Positions 62,030-64,000 of a stretch of 64,000 bases of DNA are shown here, piece by piece. The notes under the pieces were generated by a model that did not search any database, was not told the origin of the DNA, and saw nothing but the letters and a program-made list of their open reading frames with translations. The position numbers were made by a program, and so were the translations under genes. The number at the start of each line of letters is the position of its first letter. Within the stretch, counting starts at the first letter, position 1. The stretch comes from Marsupella aquatica (Eukaryota; Plantae; Marchantiophyta): the NCBI GenBank assembly GCA_973895155.1, contig OZ316893.1, positions 13,842,359 to 13,906,358 of the forward strand, read 5' to 3'.

Positions 62030-64000
62030 ACAAAGTTTATTAAATTGCAACCGTGATGAAAACCAGCGGGGAGAAATAACCAAAAGAGCACCCGACAACA
62101 GCCCCGGGGCCAGAACAAAAGCACCAACAAACCGCAGCAGAGGAGACAAAGCAACAAGCCCCAAGCACCATCACCATGCAAGGACCAAGGGAGGCCCAAG
62201 GAACAACCAGTGACCCTAAAAGGGGACACCAGACAGTACACTAAATAACAACCAACACTAGGTCTAAGTTCCTATAGACTTTAGAATAGTCATGTACTCT
62301 ATCTAAGGTTGTTGTCACTGTAATGCACATGAGTACCAGGCCAATTTCTATTAGCCTGAAAGCAAATAGCAAAAGGCGGACTCATACGAGTGCAGCACTC
62401 AGATTTCTGTGGGTCTAGCATTGGCGGTAATGCTTCTGGTGGCACTCCTACCAGTCATGGCAGTGAGGTCAGTGAGCGTCCTGCTTAAACATCTAGCTTT
62501 TTTTGCGCCTTTCATGCGCTGAAGAGTGGCAAGAGCACTAACCGCAGTACCATGGAGAATCAAGTGCAACAAGAACCGGGTTGCATTATCTTGGTAAGTC
62601 CGCTGTCTTCTTTTAGTCCATATATTGGTATTCATTTGGTGAATCAGAAGAAGAAAGCCAGGGTCACGGTTTTGTGAGCGAATGGCAGTATCCAACTTGC
62701 CAAAGAAAGAGCCCCCAGCTGCCTTATCAAGCCTAGTTCCAACAGCAATGTGTTCGAGTTGGATCCAACGGGGTCTCAATCTAGGACAATCATAGAACAT
62801 GTGCTCAATGGTCTCGATATTACCTTGACATGCAGTGCATTTACCATCAGCCTTGTCCCACTTGAGTGCTCGCAGGTTTGAAAAAAACCCAGCGTTTAGT
62901 ACTTTCCAAAAGTCCAATATACCCCTAGGAGAAGTCCATCCAGTCCACAAGTGAATCCACCATCTCCTCCATACCTCTTGTGAGTCCAACGATTGCCATC
63001 TACGGTTGAGTTGTGCAATGGGTGTGGTATGTTGTTGCATCATGAGTGCCCAGGTTTTAGTCTGAATATTCCATCCTCTTTTTTTCTCCAATGGCCCATC
63101 TCCACACCCATCCCTCAGCGTTGCTCAGTGTCTCAGTGGTGACTCCTCTAGAGCTGTGCAACAACTCCATGAGTTGTGTCAGTAGCCCCAATGCACTTTC
63201 CCTGGTAGTTCTGATTGACCCGTTGATCTGTTCTGTAGTCTTCCATCCCTACTCTTGAATGACCAAATCAGCTATAGTGTAGATTTTCCTAGTTGCCAAA
63301 AGGCTTCGGCATTCCTGTAGCACATGCTCTCCTGCATTAAGCTATCTTTGAATCAAGAGCAAGAGTTGATCAATGGAGATACCAATTGGTATTTTCCCAG
63401 CATCAAGTTCAAAGCAGAGATGAGTGACTGTGTGTGAGTTCCCATCCCCCCAGCATGTTGTTCAGTGTTGGCGCTGAAGCAACCTTTAGCTCAGGAAAGA
63501 GAAGGATAACCTCACTGGGGTCCCATTGTTTGCGCTCCTTTTTGTGGGGACCTTTCTGTACAGTGGTTGTGATCATAGTTCTGGCCATGTTAACCCAAGC
63601 GGTGTCAAAATCAGTGAGTAGCTTGATGATGCTGCGCATTTTGCAAACCTGTGGTTGGAGCTCAAAAGTTTGTATGGCCAGTCCTCCCTCTTCGTAGAGT
63701 CTGGTGATAGTGTCCCACGCAACAAGCGCTTTTTTGTTGGCTCAGGTAGTATTTTTCCCCCACAAGAAGGTGGGGCAAATCTTTTCAAGTTGCTTGTATC
63801 AAGTCTTCTGAATATTGAGAAGCATTAGGTGGTAGACAGGAATGGCCCTAAGAACATGTTTTAGGAGAACCAATCGTCCAACTTTGGTTAGCAAGTGAAC
63901 CTGTTAGTCCAATGCCTCAGTCGCTTGCGCACTTTGCCAAGAAGAAACTCAGTCTCTTGTGTGGGCTTAATTCCATTCCCAATAGGGCAGCCCAAGTGCG
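62030..64000 (-). mobile_element. LINE (L1/Tx1-like) ORF2 C-terminal part and 3' UTR, decayed; continues beyond the window
   Basis: LGCPIGNG..KVRKRLRHWTN, VLLKHVLRAIPVYHL, EEGGLAI, zf-RVT-type CTAC..ETIEHMFYDCP; AATAAA-like 3' end near 62040. Confidence 0.88.

Overview
Eukaryotic, repeat-dense DNA, most likely from a non-seed plant such as a bryophyte (inferred from the TE families only). About 9.5-47.4 kb is one cluster of nested transposons. The main feature is a Ty3/Gypsy-related retroelement ('element A') present in two copies, 9534-23550 and 27921-37861. Its polyprotein reads Gag (2x CCHC) - protease - C5-cytosine DNA methyltransferase - RT - RNase H - integrase - PHD finger. It lacks conventional LTRs. 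Copy 1 is A-internal-B with a 4-bp TSD. Copy 2 is A-internal-B-gc-A-B, i.e. split direct repeats joined at a near-palindrome. In place of a tRNA PBS it has a 14-nt site complementary to its own putative 5' end (Tf1-like self-priming). A second unit ('element B', about 4.6 kb, TG..CA ends, 5-bp TSDs) carries one ~1200-aa ORF and no RT or integrase. B sits inside A in one case and contains A in the other. Also present: a decayed Copia that hosts the second nest, a gag-only Copia with both LTRs, a related solo LTR, a PIF/Harbinger, several MITEs (8-bp, 9-bp and TTAA TSDs), a LINE 3' part, and an unidentified, possibly short-intron gene near 57.5-61.7 kb. No rRNA, tRNA or CRISPR features were seen.
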